A DNA stretch of 58,629 nucleotides from Halieaceae bacterium (GTDB lineage Bacteria; Pseudomonadota; Gammaproteobacteria; Pseudomonadales; Halieaceae), in the NCBI GenBank assembly GCA_029247075.1, contig JAQWLX010000012.1:1-58629 (forward strand), given 5' to 3'. The position numbers and the translations under genes were made by a program. Shown one piece after another: positions 17,105-25,571 of the stretch; the first letter of the stretch is position 1; each line of letters begins with the position of its first letter. The notes beneath the pieces were generated by a model, which had not been told where the DNA came from, made no database searches, and saw only the letters and a list, made by a program, of their open reading frames with translations.

Positions 17105-17860
17105 ATGAGCGCTTCCAAAATATCGCATAGGGCTTTTTTATTACTGGCAGTTTTTTCTCCCATGCCAATTTCTGCCCAAACAGGTGTACCTTTAATCAAT
17201 GTTGTCCAAGATGCCGCAGGAGGCTCTGAGTACAGCCTGAGTTTAGAGATCCTGGTCTTAATGACGGTGCTTACGTTGTTACCGTCGATCGTTATTATGA
17301 TGACTTCCTTCGTACGTATAATCATTGTTATGTCGTTATTGAGACAGGCATTAGGAACAGCGCAAACTCCTCCAAATCAAGTTCTCATTGGCTTATCACT
17401 TTTTCTGACTTATTTTGTCATGGCGCCGGTTTTGACAAATATATACGAAGAAGCTTTTGATCCCTATGTAAATGAAAGAATTTCCGCACAAGAGGCTATG
17501 GATAAGGCTGCAATTCCCTTACGTGAATTCATGCTTGCCCAGACAAGGGAAGACGATATTCTTATGTTCGCGGAGATAGCGGATCATGATTTGACTGGAG
17601 ATCCAGCTGATATACCGTTTCGTGTACTAGCCCCCTCATTTATGACCTCCGAGCTAAAGACAGCTTTTACAATAGGATTTTTAATATATATTCCATTTGT
17701 GATTATTGATTTGGTGGTCGCTTCAGTTCTTATGTCAATGGGTATGATGATGCTTTCACCTATGATGATTTCAATGCCATTTAAGCTAATGCTTTTTGTT
17801 CTTGCGGACGGTTGGGCATTAATAACACAATCTTTAACCACTAGTTTTGCTGTCACCTAG
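17105..17860 (+). CDS. fliP: flagellar export gate protein FliP
   Basis: 251 aa. Signal peptide, then conserved MTSFVRIIIVMSLLRQALG and PNQVLIGLSLFLTYFVMAPV blocks. Confidence 0.95.
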   Translation: MSASKISHRAFLLLAVFSPMPISAQTGVPLINVVQDAAGGSEYSLSLEILVLMTVLTLLPSIVIMMTSFVRIIIVMSLLRQALGTAQTPPNQVLIGLSLFLTYFVMAPVLTNIYEEAFDPYVNERISAQEAMDKAAIPLREFMLAQTREDDILMFAEIADHDLTGDPADIPFRVLAPSFMTSELKTAFTIGFLIYIPFVIIDLVVASVLMSMGMMMLSPMMISMPFKLMLFVLADGWALITQSLTTSFAVT

Positions 17861-17875
17861 AGCGAGGAGGTCTTT

Positions 17876-18145
17876 TTGAATGTTGGTGATGTAATAACGA
17901 TTGGGCAGGATGCGCTATGGACAGCTGTGCTTATCGCAAGTCCTTTGTTAGGGACTGCTTTGGTTCTGGGCGTTGTAATTGGTGTTCTGCAGGCTGCAAC
18001 TTCCATTCAAGAGATGACGCTAAGCTTTATACCTAAATTAGCTGGAATGGTCTTAGCTTTATCACTTTTTGGAGCATGGCAGATTTCGACAATTATAAGA
18101 TTTTTTGAATACATCGTTGAGTACATTCCTACCATACTTTTGTAA
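17876..18145 (+). CDS. fliQ: flagellar export gate protein FliQ
   Basis: 89 aa, two TM helices (LGVVIGVLQAATSIQEMTLSFIPKL). Confidence 0.93.
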   Translation: MNVGDVITIGQDALWTAVLIASPLLGTALVLGVVIGVLQAATSIQEMTLSFIPKLAGMVLALSLFGAWQISTIIRFFEYIVEYIPTILL

Positions 18146-18912
18146 TGGATTTTTTAGTTTCAGAAATCGTATCGCTGTTCTACACGTTTTTATGGCCACT
18201 TATTCGTTTTTCCGCATTTTTTCTAACCGCTCCTCTGTTCTCTTTGGCGGCTGTTTCCGTGCGGATTCGAATTACCTTAGCGTTTTTGTTGACGTGGGTA
18301 GTCTATCCTTTTTTGGACCTTCCAATAATAGATCCTCTCTCGCCACTTGGAATAAGCGAAGTATTTGTCCAGGCAGCGATTGGAGCCATTGGGGGCATCA
18401 TTTTACAGCTTGTTAATGCTGCATTTGTAGTGGGTGGTCAGTCGATGAGTGCTTCAATGGGGCTGGCTATGGCAAATATGGTTGATCCCAATATGGGTAA
18501 CGTGCCGGTTCTCTCGCAATTTTTATTGATTTGCGGAATTTTAGTTTTCATGATCTTGGGAGGACATCTAATAGTCATTCAAATTATGGCTAATAGTTTT
18601 CAAACGCTTCCTATAGGCAGCCCTTTGTCAATGTTAGATTTGATTCAGGGAGTTCTCTTCTGGTCAGGTAGTATGTTTGTTGGTGCTTTAATGATTGCTT
18701 TGCCTGTTTTGGCTTCTTTGTTGTTTATTAATCTAGGTTTGGGTGTGATAACTAGATCAGCCCCTGCACTGAATATTTTTTCGCTTGGGTTTCCTGCCAT
18801 GATTTTAGGGGGTATGGTTATCATTGTTATATCAATGCCGGGATTTGTTCGCCGAGCAGAGTCACTTTGGTTTATAGCCTTTGACAGAATTAGAGAGACT
18901 TACGGAATATAA
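18145..18912 (+). CDS. fliR: flagellar export gate protein FliR
   Basis: 255 aa, polytopic. TAATG coupling to fliQ. Confidence 0.93.
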   Translation: MDFLVSEIVSLFYTFLWPLIRFSAFFLTAPLFSLAAVSVRIRITLAFLLTWVVYPFLDLPIIDPLSPLGISEVFVQAAIGAIGGIILQLVNAAFVVGGQSMSASMGLAMANMVDPNMGNVPVLSQFLLICGILVFMILGGHLIVIQIMANSFQTLPIGSPLSMLDLIQGVLFWSGSMFVGALMIALPVLASLLFINLGLGVITRSAPALNIFSLGFPAMILGGMVIIVISMPGFVRRAESLWFIAFDRIRETYGI

Positions 18913-18914
18913 TT

Positions 18915-20072
18915 ATGGCTGAAGAGAGTCAACAAGAAGACAAAACAGAAGAACCGACAGCGAAGCGTCTTGAAAAAGCAAGAGAGGAAGGCCAGGCCAT
19001 TCGTTCTCAGGATTTGAATGTTGCGGTCATGGTCATGATGGTTGTAATAACTATGTACGCCTTTGGTGGAGCACTAATAGATTCGTTACTGGAAGTATTC
19101 TCGAGAGGTTTTGTATTCGATAGAAGGTTGGTTTTTTCGGAGCAGTTATTCTCTGGCGTGGTCGGTACAGAGCTTAGAGATGCATTTTGGGTCATTGCAC
19201 CTATACTGGTACTAACTATTATTTTGGCCATTATTCCCTCAGCCACTCTGGGAGGGTTTATTTTTTCCTTCAAAGCTGTGGCACCTAAGCTTTCTAAATT
19301 AAGCCTCATTAATGGATTTAAGAGAATCTTTGGCACCAAAGCGCTCATAGAATTAGCTAAGGCAATTTTAAAATTCCTTCTCATAGGGTCATCGTTGTTT
19401 ATCGTCTATACGATGTATGCAAAAGATTTCATTTATTTGTCTGTGATGGCGATTAAGCCGGCGATTGAAAGTGCCGCCAACATGCTGTCGCTGGGAATGT
19501 TATTTGTCTGTATAAGTCTCATATTGGTAGCGTTAGTCGACGTGCCATACCAGATTGTCTCTTTTAAAAATCGCATGAAAATGACTAAACAGGAGGTCAA
19601 GGATGAACGCAAAGAGATGGAAGGACAGCCGGAGGTGCGAGCTCGTATAAAGCAACGCCAGCGCGATATGGCAATGCAATCAATGCTTGAAGCTTTACCT
19701 ACTGCAGACGTTGTTGTAACTAACCCTGAACATTTTGCAGTAGCACTTGCTTATGATCCTAATGGCAGTGATCCACCGAGAGTCGTAGCAAGGGGAGCAG
19801 ACTTCATGGCTTTACGTATTCGTGATCGCGCTACACAAGAAGGCATTTCGCTTTTTGAAGCTCCACCTTTGGCTAGGGCCCTGTATTTTACCACCGATGT
19901 TGGTAGTTTTATTCCTGAGGCGTTATATCACGCAGTCGCCCAGGTAATAGCTTATGTTTTTTCCATTGGAACATTTAGCGCTTCTGGAGAATATCAACGT
20001 CCCAAACCCAAAGTGCCACCTGAACTGGACTTCGATGAAACAGGTAAATTAAAGGATGAAGTCATTCAATGA
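18915..20072 (+). CDS. flhB: flagellar export switch protein FlhB
   Basis: 385 aa. N-terminal EEPTAKRLEKAREEGQ, four TM helices. The autocleavage region VVVTNPEHFAVALAYD reads NPEH instead of NPTH. Confidence 0.95.
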   Translation: MAEESQQEDKTEEPTAKRLEKAREEGQAIRSQDLNVAVMVMMVVITMYAFGGALIDSLLEVFSRGFVFDRRLVFSEQLFSGVVGTELRDAFWVIAPILVLTIILAIIPSATLGGFIFSFKAVAPKLSKLSLINGFKRIFGTKALIELAKAILKFLLIGSSLFIVYTMYAKDFIYLSVMAIKPAIESAANMLSLGMLFVCISLILVALVDVPYQIVSFKNRMKMTKQEVKDERKEMEGQPEVRARIKQRQRDMAMQSMLEALPTADVVVTNPEHFAVALAYDPNGSDPPRVVARGADFMALRIRDRATQEGISLFEAPPLARALYFTTDVGSFIPEALYHAVAQVIAYVFSIGTFSASGEYQRPKPKVPPELDFDETGKLKDEVIQ

Positions 20073-21565
20073 GCAACTCCGATATAGAAAATAACAAACA
20101 AAAAAAATCCATAGATAGCTGGATGGAAGGTGATATGTTGTTTTTGCGCGAGCAGGACAAGATGCAAATAAGCTCAATTCCAGTGCGTCTATCTCAGGAT
20201 AATCCCTACGTTGTTATATGTGGGCCCAAGGTGGATTTACTAAATTATTATTTTGAATATTTGTACGCGCAATTAAAGGGCAGTGACCAATATGAGCTAG
20301 AAGTATTTTTTTCTGTAACTACAGATGCTCTGCTGGATTTTTACAACAAGCGCCTAGCAGATATTAGCGTAAATGCAGCGAAAAGTGCGACTGATTCCGA
20401 GTTATATAGAAAAATTTTAGTCATCAGTGATTGTACTGGTATGGCTAAAAACGAGTGGGATTTACTGGCTAGGCTGCTGATTGATTTTCCGGGTGCAAAC
20501 TGTGGTGTATTAATAATATGCGAGGAACCTTTCAACCAACAAGTGGAAGCATTTTTTAAACTTTTAGGTTCTCGTTTGACGCGCTGTTATTGTAATTTTC
20601 CAGATACTCGTGAGCTTGTTAGTTTTCTAGATGCATCTTCTGTGACCCCCTATCATTCTCACAATAAGAAAACATTAGCTGCTTTGGGGATAACAGGAGC
20701 AGATCTAGAAGTAGATCACTCAAAAAGTCATTCAGAGGAAAGTGATGCGGATATTTCTCCGGAGGCTTCAGGAGAAAAGAAATTTAATAAGTTTCTATTC
20801 TTTACCTTTGTTCTTGTTTTGGTTGTCGCTTTTGGAGTTGCTTACCTATTAAATCATGATAACGATACTGACTTTGAGGTGGTCGATCAAACTATCGCTA
20901 ATGATGATAATGATTCAATTTTAGCTCAAAAAGATCGAGATCAGTTGACCACCAAAGAAAGTGGCAATCATTTATCGGATGCTGTAATTGAAGAGGAAAT
21001 GGAAGAAATCATTTCGTTCTCGGAGGGAAATATTGCCGTCCAGATGGTTGGTTTGTCTAAGGAAGAGGATGTTGTCGAGTCTCAAATTAAGGAATTAAAC
21101 ACGAATGACCCAATAAATGAAGTTGCATTTGAAGAGCAAGCTGAAACGGTAGAAGAAGATATATCATCTATAACGGTTGATGCAATCTCGTTGTCCGAGG
21201 ACTCACAAGAGGTTGAAGAGGTTAATGAGCAAATTTTGGAAGAGCAAGATGATGATTTATCCAAAGACAAGATTGAGTCTTCGATCGATATTGCAGCCTA
21301 TTACCTGCAGCATGCGGCGTTGAGTTCTGAGTCTGCTGCAAACACAGCCGCAAGAGAAGCCTTTACTAATTTTTCAACCGCATTTTCACTGCCACAGTTT
21401 TCGCAAGCAAAACTCTGGCATGTAGTTTTTTCTGGGCCTTATGCTACGCGTACAGAAGCTATGAATGTTGCTAAAGAAAATGGGGTGACTGCCGATGTTG
21501 TCATAGTAAGAGGAACGTATGTGGCTTCCAGAGTTCCTTCCGAGGTAGAAGATGACGGAAGGTGA
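20069..21565 (+). CDS. bitopic protein: degenerate P-loop-like N-terminal domain, TM helix, acidic linker, C-terminal SPOR-like peptidoglycan-binding domain
   Basis: 498 aa. The ATG overlaps the flhB stop (ATGA). VVICGPKVD sits at the Walker A position and ILVISD at Walker B. TM FLFFTFVLVLVVAFGVAYLL. The C-terminus YYLQHAALSSESAANTAA...LWHVVFSGPYATRTEAMNVAKENG resembles DamX/FtsN SPOR domains. Confidence 0.6.
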   Translation: MSNSDIENNKQKKSIDSWMEGDMLFLREQDKMQISSIPVRLSQDNPYVVICGPKVDLLNYYFEYLYAQLKGSDQYELEVFFSVTTDALLDFYNKRLADISVNAAKSATDSELYRKILVISDCTGMAKNEWDLLARLLIDFPGANCGVLIICEEPFNQQVEAFFKLLGSRLTRCYCNFPDTRELVSFLDASSVTPYHSHNKKTLAALGITGADLEVDHSKSHSEESDADISPEASGEKKFNKFLFFTFVLVLVVAFGVAYLLNHDNDTDFEVVDQTIANDDNDSILAQKDRDQLTTKESGNHLSDAVIEEEMEEIISFSEGNIAVQMVGLSKEEDVVESQIKELNTNDPINEVAFEEQAETVEEDISSITVDAISLSEDSQEVEEVNEQILEEQDDDLSKDKIESSIDIAAYYLQHAALSSESAANTAAREAFTNFSTAFSLPQFSQAKLWHVVFSGPYATRTEAMNVAKENGVTADVVIVRGTYVASRVPSEVEDDGR

Positions 21566-21875
21566 AATCTACCGAAAATCTGGCGAAAATGAAAAAATCG
21601 GTAGTATTTCAGGAAGCCCTATTGAAAAAACACTTCCTCTTGATAACTCAGTTACCCTGGATTATCCCGCAAGTGAAGATAAAGATATTGAGGAAGCTGC
21701 GGAGTCTAAGGCTTTACAAGACATTCCGGATACTAGAGCAAAACTATTAATGCAAGGCAAAGCACGCTTTCCGGTTTCAGAAGATGTGTCAGTCGGCCCC
21801 TTTGCAGAGCGCATAAAGAAATTGCGAAGCACGGTGGCTTCAATAATGGAGAATTTGCGGAGCACTAAGGGATAG
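21552..21875 (+). CDS. small hydrophilic acidic protein of unknown function
   Basis: 107 aa. 14-nt overlap with the preceding gene. No TM helix and no motif I recognise. Confidence 0.5.
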   Translation: MTEGEIYRKSGENEKIGSISGSPIEKTLPLDNSVTLDYPASEDKDIEEAAESKALQDIPDTRAKLLMQGKARFPVSEDVSVGPFAERIKKLRSTVASIMENLRSTKG

Positions 21876-21886
21876 AGGATTTTATT

Positions 21887-22870
21887 TTGGCGGATGAAGA
21901 AGAAAAAATTGTAGAAGCTGATTCTGAAACTGAAGAGACTCTCGATGATCAGGGATCGCAAGTCTCTGAAGCGAGTGAAGGATCTGAAGCGGAAGCCGAA
22001 GAGTCCACAGAAGTAAATGACCAAGATTCCGACCTCAACAATGAAGAAACGAACTCCGCCGAAGATATAACTGAGGTTATAATGACGGGTGCTGAAGTTA
22101 TTAGTCAACTAGAAGGCTTAATACCGACGGCGCTTGATGCGGCTGAGGCATCTACTTCAGCTAGTGAAGCAAGCCTGAGCACCATGAGACGTTTGTCGTT
22201 GACGCAGACTGAACTTGATGGAAGGCTGGAAAGAAATAACCTGCTTTTTGCGCAACAGTCTAACCAAATTAAGCTTATATTAGCTGCCGTGAGCTCGGTA
22301 TTAGCTGTGGCCGTCATGGTTTTCATTTTTATGATAATTCAACTTTCTTCAAGAGTTTCTGAGGTAGATGCTTTGGTCATGGCGGTTACAAAGCGAGTAG
22401 TGAAAATGAATCAAAGTTTGGAGCTATTTGAAGAACTTCAGTTTGATATTCGTATCTTAGCGGAAAAACAAGCTAACGCTACTTTGAAATATGAAGGCCT
22501 TGAAGAAGTAGTAATGGGAGCTTCAAATACCTTGGTAGAGCTTAAGTCAGATCTTCCGGCGGCTACTGCGACCAGTGTTTCTACAGAAGTGAGTGAAGTT
22601 AACAAAGAGATAGAGCAGCTTCAGCAGACTCTCACCACCCAACGCAGCACGGTATCCGATTTGTCTGGGTCGATAAAAAGGCTAACGAATACTGTTGGTG
22701 CTATGCAGGGAAAGATGACAAATCTATATTCTCTAGAAAACCAAGTAGAGGCTTTGGTTACATTAACTAGAGAACGATATCTTGACGTACTAGAGAAGAA
22801 GAATGATGCCGTAGAAGATGAAGTCGAGCTTGAAGAGCCTTCTGATATTGTTTTGTACAAGGCAGATTAG
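21887..22870 (+). CDS. single-pass membrane protein with acidic N-terminus and long coiled-coil C-terminal region, unknown function
   Basis: 327 aa. TTG start 12 nt after the previous stop. D/E/S-rich first ~70 aa. TM LILAAVSSVLAVAVMVFIFMIIQL. Heptad-like remainder. Confidence 0.55.
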   Translation: MADEEEKIVEADSETEETLDDQGSQVSEASEGSEAEAEESTEVNDQDSDLNNEETNSAEDITEVIMTGAEVISQLEGLIPTALDAAEASTSASEASLSTMRRLSLTQTELDGRLERNNLLFAQQSNQIKLILAAVSSVLAVAVMVFIFMIIQLSSRVSEVDALVMAVTKRVVKMNQSLELFEELQFDIRILAEKQANATLKYEGLEEVVMGASNTLVELKSDLPAATATSVSTEVSEVNKEIEQLQQTLTTQRSTVSDLSGSIKRLTNTVGAMQGKMTNLYSLENQVEALVTLTRERYLDVLEKKNDAVEDEVELEEPSDIVLYKAD

Positions 22871-22887
22871 ATTAATAAACATTGTCA

Positions 22888-23475
22888 TTATTTGCCCATA
22901 GCACTAATTAACCCTTGGGAAAAATCTCCGGGGAATGGTAATTTAGCTTGGTCAAAAAGAGCAGCAATAGAATCATCGATGCTCATCCGTAATCGATCCT
23001 GGTCGCTCTTTTCATCCGTATTTGCTAGCTCGTATCCCGAATTGTAAAGCACAGCGCAATGCTCAGAAGGTAGCCATGATTGCACCGCTCCTCGCAGAGT
23101 ATTTATCGAATCTAAATTCCCCGGATTTTTTTTTATGCCACCGCTTTGTGAATCTGAATAACCTGATTGAAGGAGAATTTGTATATGTTTTTTTAGGATA
23201 ATTTCATAACGCTGCCTAACTGTTTCAATATTTTCTGCTTCGATATCAGTGTTTCTGCCCGTCAATGCATCCCATAATTCTTTTCCTTGCAAATCGTCGC
23301 TATTTTCTGAAGGGTTTTTTTTATTTCCTGATGCAGGTTCTATCGAAGATTTATTTTTGCTTTGTAGTATGCTCCTCGTAACCTCTTCGAGCTTACCCAT
23401 ACGGCCAATAATATAAAGTAGTAGTATTATTATTGCCAAGCCAGTAGCCAACATTAGTGTGAAGCTTACTGACAT
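22888..23475 (-). CDS. membrane-anchored protein of unknown function (downstream partner in the fliA operon)
   Basis: The track ORF runs to 23580. The likely start is ATG 23475 (MSVSFTLMLATGLAIIILLLYIIG), sharing TAATG with the upstream stop. 195 aa with an N-terminal TM. Confidence 0.55.
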   Translation of the reverse strand: MSVSFTLMLATGLAIIILLLYIIGRMGKLEEVTRSILQSKNKSSIEPASGNKKNPSENSDDLQGKELWDALTGRNTDIEAENIETVRQRYEIILKKHIQILLQSGYSDSQSGGIKKNPGNLDSINTLRGAVQSWLPSEHCAVLYNSGYELANTDEKSDQDRLRMSIDDSIAALFDQAKLPFPGDFSQGLISAMGK

Positions 23476-23990
23476 TAACTGGCTTTCTCTGCAGTATCTT
23501 CTTCTTGATCTTCCAGACCTAATTCTGTAGCAAGAAAGCGAAGGCATTGTAAACTTTGAGCAACACCTAACTCTTCCCAAATCTCATCCGCAATAGCTTG
23601 AACTTTTTCAATAGCTTTTTCTCCGGAAATTTCCATAGTCTGATAGAGCCCGGCAATTAAGAAGATCTTGTCTGCGGGCTCCTTAGGTAGATAAGCAAAA
23701 AAGTTACCAGTATTAGTCTTTATGACCTTAAATAGCGCTGGTTCGGGTGGTTCAGGTTTTGTTTCTCCTTGTGCGATTGCCTGCAGGCAAAGGTGGTCAT
23801 AAATTTCCGCCTTTTTGGCTCCTTCGATAAAAGTTAGGTCAATGTGTGAACGTGTTCTAAAGGCTATTCTAGACCTTAGCGCTCTATCTACGCGTTTATC
23901 TTCCTTAATTGCGTCGAGAATTTTTTCAAACTCTCCTTTGGCCTGTGCCATGGCCCTTTGGTTGCCTTTTGATCTTGAGAAAAGAGACAT
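23475..23990 (-). CDS. cytoplasmic protein of unknown function immediately downstream of fliA
   Basis: 171 aa, starting 14 nt after the fliA stop. No recognisable motif. Confidence 0.55.
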   Translation of the reverse strand: MSLFSRSKGNQRAMAQAKGEFEKILDAIKEDKRVDRALRSRIAFRTRSHIDLTFIEGAKKAEIYDHLCLQAIAQGETKPEPPEPALFKVIKTNTGNFFAYLPKEPADKIFLIAGLYQTMEISGEKAIEKVQAIADEIWEELGVAQSLQCLRFLATELGLEDQEEDTAEKAS

Positions 23991-24004
23991 ATTTTGCCTA
24001 CGCT

Positions 24005-24733
24005 CTAACTAATTTTTTTATTGATAGTAGCACGCAATTTCTTAGCAGTCGCAGAAAGAATTTGCGAAACTCGGGACTCATTTACACCTATAATTGCTCC
24101 AATCTCTTTCAGGTGAAGTTCTTTTTCATAATATAGAGAAAGCACAAGTTGATCTCGTTCAGGTAGATTTTTTATTTCATCGGCAAGCATTGAGCGTACT
24201 TCATCATCTTGAACAGACTCTTGAGGGTTTATAGAGTGAGAACGGGTGTCGACTCTCTCGCTGAGTGCAGAAGAGCTTTCTTCGGTTATAGTTTGAAAAC
24301 GATTAGCATGCTCTCGTTCATGTTCAAATTGATCCAAACTAATCCCCAAATGATCTGCAACCTCTGAATTTCTAGGTTCTCGACCTAGTTTGTTATTAAG
24401 AGTTTTTATTGCTTCGTTATGAGATTTTATATTTGAAATAGCCGATCTCGGAAGACTGGAAAGTCTCCTAACTTCATCCAGAATAGAGCCTTTAATTCGA
24501 GTTTTTGCAAAGAAATCAAATTCTACGCCTTCATCAGAACGGAAATTTTTAACCGCCTCCATTAGGCCGATCGTGCCTACTTGAATCATGTCATCGAGTT
24601 CAATGATATCGGGAATACGGGCCTTTAAGTGAAGAGCTATACGCTTGACCAACGCAAGATTATGTAATACCGCATTATCTCCCAGCGCCTCGTTCTGGAT
24701 TTCACCGTAGGTCCTGACTCCATCCCTAACCAC
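24005..24733 (-). CDS. fliA: flagellar sigma factor sigma28 (FliA)
   Basis: 242 aa, GTG start. Region 2 DDMIQVGTIGLMEAVKNF, region 4 HTH LHLKEIGAIIGVNESRVSQI. Follows flhG. Confidence 0.93.
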   Translation of the reverse strand: MVRDGVRTYGEIQNEALGDNAVLHNLALVKRIALHLKARIPDIIELDDMIQVGTIGLMEAVKNFRSDEGVEFDFFAKTRIKGSILDEVRRLSSLPRSAISNIKSHNEAIKTLNNKLGREPRNSEVADHLGISLDQFEHEREHANRFQTITEESSSALSERVDTRSHSINPQESVQDDEVRSMLADEIKNLPERDQLVLSLYYEKELHLKEIGAIIGVNESRVSQILSATAKKLRATINKKIS

Positions 24734-25562
24734 CTAACGAAGCGCTCCGGCTGGGCGAGTGTAATTGGTTGAAAAAAAACTGTAGTCCACCAGTGTCATC
24801 CATCTTACTACTAAGATTATTAACGAAGTTGGCTAGGTTTCTAAATTCTCGAGCACTTTGAGAATTCGGAAGGCAGGATACAATTGGCAAAGCTTTCTTC
24901 CAAGCCAGAGGTATTGCGTCGTCTTGCTTCACAAACCCAGCATAGGATGCTTCGAAACCCAAAAACTTAACAATGACTTTATTTAAATTCCTAAATAATT
25001 GACTCCCATGTTCCATTCCCGTTACTTCGTTAGGTAACAAGTATATGTCTTGTGTTATACCTTCTAAGAATAAAACTTTAATCGTCGCATAGGCATCTGC
25101 AATGGAAGACGGGTCGTCCTTTAGAACAATAATACGATGGTGGCAAGCGCCTAAAAGAGATACGACAGAAGTAGATATACCTGCAGCCGTATCAATAATA
25201 AAAATATCGTACTGCTTGGTAAGGGAAGAAAATGCCTGTATAACCGAACCAGTTTCTTTTTCAGAGAGGGACGCTAGATCCTTTAATCCACTTGCGCCAG
25301 GGACGAGATCCACACCGCTGCTGGTCTTTACTACTACCTCATCAAGTGTTTTACCACCAGACAGCACGTGGCTAAAGTTATATTCACTTGCAGCCCCCAA
25401 AGCAAGCTGAACATTCGCCAAGCCTAGGTCTCCGTCTAGCAAAAGTACGTCCAGACCCTGTTTCACTAGAGCTGCTGCTATATTTACCGAAACAGTAGTC
25501 TTCCCAACTCCGCCTTTTCCGCTCGATATACCAATTACCTTTGTAGGTTTTTTAAGTGACAT
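24726..25562 (-). CDS. flhG: MinD/ParA-type flagellar number regulator FlhG (FleN)
   Basis: 278 aa. Deviant Walker A SSGKGGVGKTT. Position between flhF and fliA. Confidence 0.92.
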   Translation of the reverse strand: MSLKKPTKVIGISSGKGGVGKTTVSVNIAAALVKQGLDVLLLDGDLGLANVQLALGAASEYNFSHVLSGGKTLDEVVVKTSSGVDLVPGASGLKDLASLSEKETGSVIQAFSSLTKQYDIFIIDTAAGISTSVVSLLGACHHRIIVLKDDPSSIADAYATIKVLFLEGITQDIYLLPNEVTGMEHGSQLFRNLNKVIVKFLGFEASYAGFVKQDDAIPLAWKKALPIVSCLPNSQSAREFRNLANFVNNLSSKMDDTGGLQFFFNQLHSPSRSASLGG

Positions 25563-25571
25563 AAATTATGC

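Noticed and set aside
18105-18416. A 103-aa ORF overlapping the fliQ end and the fliR start in another frame.
   Set aside because: fliR in its own frame has the conserved polytopic pattern and TAATG coupling to fliQ. The alternative frame is a shadow ORF.
23475-23990. A possible PilZ (c-di-GMP) motif in the 171-aa protein after fliA: RIAFR as RxxxR, followed by DLTFIEG.
   Set aside because: The second motif does not fit D/NxSxxG in spacing or residues. The resemblance is too weak to call.
24726-25562. FlhG starts directly at the Walker A region (MSLKKPTKVIGISSGKGGVGKT), without the N-terminal DQAxxLR-type FlhF-activating helix seen in some FlhG proteins.
   Set aside because: The N-terminal extension is variable among FleN/FlhG homologues as far as I recall, so its absence alone is not a reliable anomaly.
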